From positions 1 to 64,000 of IMG/VR virus record IMGVR_UViG_3300029288_000085: a stretch of DNA of 64,000 nt. One strand, 5' to 3'. Shown here one piece after another: positions 59,982 through 64,000 of this stretch. The notes below the pieces were generated by a model. The model saw only the letters and a program-made list of their open reading frames with translations. It was not told where the DNA came from and did not search any database. Within the stretch, counting starts at the first letter, position 1, and every line of letters starts with the position of its first letter. Both the position numbers and the translations under genes were made by a program. This DNA is from a virus. Lineage: Duplodnaviria > Caudoviricetes.

Positions 59982-61844
59982 CTAATTTACGACTCTTTCT
60001 GCTCTCCATAAAATATAGTCTTCATCTGCCCCACCTGGAGCTGCATTAATATTTATGGTAAATGTAGTAGCACCAATAGATGTCACGAAGATAGAAGTTG
60101 CATTTGTCGGGGCTGTCTGGAATGTACATTGGATATCAGTAGGAGTGACATTCATTCCATGTGTAACTACTACAGAAGTATTTGCTCCTGCTATTGTAGC
60201 TAATCCTCTTGCTTTTGTTATGAATCCGTTGTTAGCTTCAACAATATTTGTTGTATGTGAGATGACTATTGGTACACCTGTTCCTCTTATAGTGAGAATA
60301 TCATTTCCTCTAACAGTCACTTCTCCTACAGTTGTATCAACTCCATTAGCTGTATTTCCTGCATCTGCCCCTATATTTCTTATTTTGGAATTTACTAAAG
60401 AAGAATAGTTATCAGAAATTTGAACACCTCCCACATCATTATTAGTATCCATTATAGTAGCAGATGAAACTGTAATGTCTTCCTGGGCTATCTTGAGAGC
60501 ATGAGTTTCGGTAGTGTCTAAATTATACAACATTATATTTGAGGCATTTATATATAGACCACTCAGAACCATGTTGCCTCCATTGACTACATTTATGTCG
60601 TTTAGTTGGCTGTACCCCCCTGAAACTGTGATCTGTGTTCCTATATTACTAGATGCCCCCCTTAAAACTAAGTTAGAAAGAGTTCCATAGACACCTGACC
60701 ACGTTATTCTCCCATTTGTATTATCCCCACTAAATGAACAATTATCAAGTTGATTCCCATTACCCGATATATTCAGATGTAAAGCACCATTTTTGTTGAA
60801 GTGACACCCTATCATCTTTGTCTCATTTCCATCAGAATCAATATAGATTTGACAAGATGCATTTGCAGGATCAGTATTTCCTGATTCAAAACCAATAGCA
60901 AGTATCTTAATGCGCTCACAATCAGCATCTATAGCTAGATAATCATCATTAAAACAGTGTTCAATTTTACCTAACTCAATTACCATTGATTGTGGAATAT
61001 TAGATGAACTTTGTGGATTTAACCACAAAGAAGGTTGTGATGTATCTCCACAATATTCAATAGCAAAATCTTTTATATTTCCTTTTACTGCTCTGTCAAC
61101 TTTGATAGCACTACCTTTGATATAATGGAATCCACAATTCTCTACTCTTCCATGATCAAAATCTGTCAACTTTAAAGCAGCTTCAACAGCTACAACTCTT
61201 CTACTTTCAATAGTTGCATTAGCTAAATCGGAATCATCTAGAAACAGAAGACCTCTTATTAGACCAGCCCCATGACGATATCTATTAGCGACATCAGGAG
61301 CAACATATTCTATAAGAGATCCTCCAGCAATTCCCGTTCTTGGTCTTATATATCCTTGAGTGTAAGCAGTTCCTAACCAAGTAGGAACTTTTATTTGCAT
61401 ATTAGAAATTAGGTTGATTGGGTAATTACAAGATACTGTAATGGCCTTGTCTGCATCGTAAACGGTTGGCTGTACTAACACAGTCCCCCCTTTACTAGCT
61501 TCTAAAGCTGAAACAGCTTTATCTAGTGAATCCCATGGATCTGCATCAAACCACAAACTTGAAATTTCGCCAGGGTTAGTAAAACTTACTGTTCCGGTCC
61601 CTGTAAATATTTGCTGATTTGGAGAAGCAATTATGTGAGCAGGAGAGGATATTGTTAATGTATTACCATTGGTATTTATCTTTCCTGATTCTCTAAATGC
61701 TAGATAACACGTTGAAGGGAAAGCTAAATCAGCAGAAAGGATTTGTTCTGTATCTATAATTAGATATGTTGGATCAGACCCTAAAGCACCTAATACTGTA
61801 TTAATATTATTTACTTTTCTTCCACCAATCATTGTGTCAGACAT
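59982..61844 (-). CDS. Tailspike/receptor-binding protein (beta-helix)
   Basis: GGTVLV motif; Asn/Ile-rich parallel beta-helix-like repeats; VTHG...TP C-terminus. Confidence 0.65.
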   Translation of the reverse strand: MSDTMIGGRKVNNINTVLGALGSDPTYLIIDTEQILSADLAFPSTCYLAFRESGKINTNGNTLTISSPAHIIASPNQQIFTGTGTVSFTNPGEISSLWFDADPWDSLDKAVSALEASKGGTVLVQPTVYDADKAITVSCNYPINLISNMQIKVPTWLGTAYTQGYIRPRTGIAGGSLIEYVAPDVANRYRHGAGLIRGLLFLDDSDLANATIESRRVVAVEAALKLTDFDHGRVENCGFHYIKGSAIKVDRAVKGNIKDFAIEYCGDTSQPSLWLNPQSSSNIPQSMVIELGKIEHCFNDDYLAIDADCERIKILAIGFESGNTDPANASCQIYIDSDGNETKMIGCHFNKNGALHLNISGNGNQLDNCSFSGDNTNGRITWSGVYGTLSNLVLRGASSNIGTQITVSGGYSQLNDINVVNGGNMVLSGLYINASNIMLYNLDTTETHALKIAQEDITVSSATIMDTNNDVGGVQISDNYSSLVNSKIRNIGADAGNTANGVDTTVGEVTVRGNDILTIRGTGVPIVISHTTNIVEANNGFITKARGLATIAGANTSVVVTHGMNVTPTDIQCTFQTAPTNATSIFVTSIGATTFTININAAPGGADEDYILWRAERVVN

Positions 61845-61847
61845 AAA

Positions 61848-62810
61848 CTATATAACCACCCAAAGACCTGATTTAACACATCTTAATGTCGCAGCATCAT
61901 ATTGACCTGTTAGTTTTACACTTCTAGCTCCTTCTACTGAGTCACCTACTACCTTACAAGTAGCAGTTACGTCATAAGTAGCTGAAGTGTTAACTACAAC
62001 TATTTCTCTTCCTATATTCTTTGCACCTGTAGTAAATAACGTCAATTTCTTATTTGCTGGTATCAAATTGAAAACTACTGTACTATCAAGATGAGTAGCA
62101 CTATAATTTGTTGCAACAGTTACTATTTGAGATTTATATCCTCTATGTGTAAGATCTTGTATAGAAGCGTTTGTAATGGAAGCTGTTCTTACTTTTACAC
62201 TAGCCACTGTGATAGCATGAATAGCTTGGTCTATCATTCTCATTGACTTAGTATAAATATAAGATAGATTCTGATCAGTAGGAGCGGCTTCTGGAAATCT
62301 ATAATAGGGGGTATAATCTCTAAATATCTGATAAGACTGCCCAGTTAAGGTATCGCCTGAAAAATAAGAAGCAGATAAGTTATATCCATCAGTAAGAACT
62401 TTGCCTAAAGTAATTGAGAATAATCCACTATCATAATCTATAGTACCAGTTCCACCTTGAGTACCAGTAAGTGTACCTGCACCATCATCAGCAAATCTTT
62501 CACTTGCATTGATGACAGCTTTAGTTTGAATGACTGGTCTGTAAGATAATGTACCTGAATAAATATTAGTAGCAGCATTAGCACTTGCCACATTTTCTGT
62601 TCTGGCAGTCTGATAACTTGTATTTGCATATCGTGAGGATAAGACTAATTTAGTTGCAGAATAAACTGCTGCAATAGTATAAAATACTCCCTCATTAGTC
62701 AACTTGAATACATAGTTTGCACTAACATAAGTAGTAAATTGTGTATTACTACCTATTACAATTGCTGATCCGATTTTGATTTTGGCCGACCCGCTCGAAT
62801 AACTTGCCAA
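61848..62810 (-). CDS. Tail fibre/structural protein
   Basis: YSSG....GS..V.G.NTQF tail-fibre N-motif; GTIDY.SG. Confidence 0.6.
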   Translation of the reverse strand: MASYSSGSAKIKIGSAIVIGSNTQFTTYVSANYVFKLTNEGVFYTIAAVYSATKLVLSSRYANTSYQTARTENVASANAATNIYSGTLSYRPVIQTKAVINASERFADDGAGTLTGTQGGTGTIDYDSGLFSITLGKVLTDGYNLSASYFSGDTLTGQSYQIFRDYTPYYRFPEAAPTDQNLSYIYTKSMRMIDQAIHAITVASVKVRTASITNASIQDLTHRGYKSQIVTVATNYSATHLDSTVVFNLIPANKKLTLFTTGAKNIGREIVVVNTSATYDVTATCKVVGDSVEGARSVKLTGQYDAATLRCVKSGLWVVI

Positions 62811-62821
62811 GCTGTTACCTC

Positions 62822-64000
62822 CTAATCTGCATAAAAATAATTTGCCACTAATTTATATCTGTCACCAAGGGCAGATGCATTTCTTATTCTCACAAAAGTT
62901 CCTTTGTCTAAAACATTGATATGTCTTAATTTAGAACTATTTAGGCATGAACCTATTGTTGAATGTATATTGACTACAGATGATTTTGTGATTGTAAAAA
63001 TGCCTGATATATCTGGATTAGCATCTGTTGCTGCTAATGAAATTTCTAATATTCCACGACTGTTCGATGGTAGATCAATTCTATCAAAAGGATCAAATGT
63101 GTCATCTCTAATTGTTAAGACCTTTATCTTCTTAGTCGTATTATCTATGTAAGTTGCTGAACTGTCATCCCATTTTCTATAGTTGTAAATTTGGCTATAT
63201 GAACCATTCCCAATTACTGTGAATCGTTGCTTCTTCTTGTAAAATGATCTGAAAACAGGCGAAGCAATATTTACTGATGCATTTAGAGTAAGTTGACCAT
63301 TTCTATTCAATCGTACTGGTGTTCCTACTTTATCTGTCTTAAAACAAGTACTACCAGACTTCTCAATATATAGTCTAAGAGCATTATTAATATAAGAAGA
63401 GAAGTTTAAAGATGCTTCCGTTCTTACAATATTGCTATGGATTGGCTTCTTTAGATTGACATAACTTTTAGTGAATGTGGTGATACTTGTACCATCAATT
63501 TTAGATTCTATTAATCTTGATGCTTCTAAATTTAAAGTTCTAGTTCTATAATTAGTTGCTACTGCTCCTAAACTGAGAAGACTATTTCTTGTTGCAACTA
63601 AACTTGCTGATGGACCTATTGCTAACTTATGTAGAGCTTTAGATTTAACTATTCTCCAATACTTATTAGGTTTAGCATTATTTATAAATCTAATTTCGCT
63701 AGGTGTGATATCATTACCATCATATAGATAAATAATAGACTTATTTCCAGCAGTACCAGCTTCAAGAGTAATATCCCCACCTTGTCTGATTGTTAATCCT
63801 GCACTTGCTGTAATAATCAGACCTTGCAATGAGTCAATAATCAAACCACTTGCTGTGTTAATTGTAATTTCAGGTCCGGTTGAATATAATTTTCCACCTT
63901 TAGTGACTCTGAATAATGCACTGGCAGGATTACTATGCCCTATCCATTCTCTATAAGTAGCATCTTGAGAATCTAATACAACAGTATCATTTCCAGCACC
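62822..64000 (-). CDS. C-terminal part of a large tail protein (open beyond the window end)
   Basis: Frame stays open from 64000 (GAGNDTVVLDSQD...ALFRVTKGGKLY) into ORF 62822-63844. Confidence 0.65.
   Translation of the reverse strand, partial: GAGNDTVVLDSQDATYREWIGHSNPASALFRVTKGGKLYSTGPEITINTASGLIIDSLQGLIITASAGLTIRQGGDITLEAGTAGNKSIIYLYDGNDITPSEIRFINNAKPNKYWRIVKSKALHKLAIGPSASLVATRNSLLSLGAVATNYRTRTLNLEASRLIESKIDGTSITTFTKSYVNLKKPIHSNIVRTEASLNFSSYINNALRLYIEKSGSTCFKTDKVGTPVRLNRNGQLTLNASVNIASPVFRSFYKKKQRFTVIGNGSYSQIYNYRKWDDSSATYIDNTTKKIKVLTIRDDTFDPFDRIDLPSNSRGILEISLAATDANPDISGIFTITKSSVVNIHSTIGSCLNSSKLRHINVLDKGTFVRIRNASALGDRYKLVANYFYAD

Noticed and set aside
1-64000. Stop-codon reassignment
   Set aside because: Genes are full length and tightly packed in code 11; TAA, TAG and TGA all end genes; no suppressor tRNA seen.

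Overview
AT-rich, gene-dense 64 kb segment of a large tailed dsDNA phage, standard genetic code. From 1 to ~58.8 kb it is almost all + strand. Replication and recombination genes: SNF2 helicase, primase-helicase, clamp-like and clamp-loader proteins, UDG-fused family A DNA polymerase, gp32-like SSB, RecA, SbcCD, resolvase. Nucleotide and RNA metabolism genes: class II RNR, ThyA-like enzyme, two deaminases, CCA-adding enzyme, RNA ligase, two tRNAs. From 58.8 kb it switches to the - strand: holin, GH108 endolysin, tail proteins. The standout is a ~3.7 kb island (25.39-29.09 kb). It holds a promoter, then seven ~50-70 nt covarying stem-loop units (three before and four after a DUF2828/TROVE-like vWA gene). 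Each unit has a conserved CAGCAA motif and an inner hairpin whose 7-nt loop resembles a tRNA anticodon loop (Cys-like, Pro, Asn-like, Ser, Phe, ambiguous, Pro). These are followed by a compact cas12f1 + tracrRNA + 3-repeat CRISPR array with no cas1/cas2, but with a host-style leader (inverted repeat + IHF site). Other notable items: a ~380 nt structured RNA candidate upstream of a DUF559 nuclease, a tRNA-Gly with a degenerate elbow, a homing endonuclease flanked by two copies of the polymerase 3' end, and a lipoprotein ClpP. All family calls come from motif recognition by eye; no database searches or folding programs were run.
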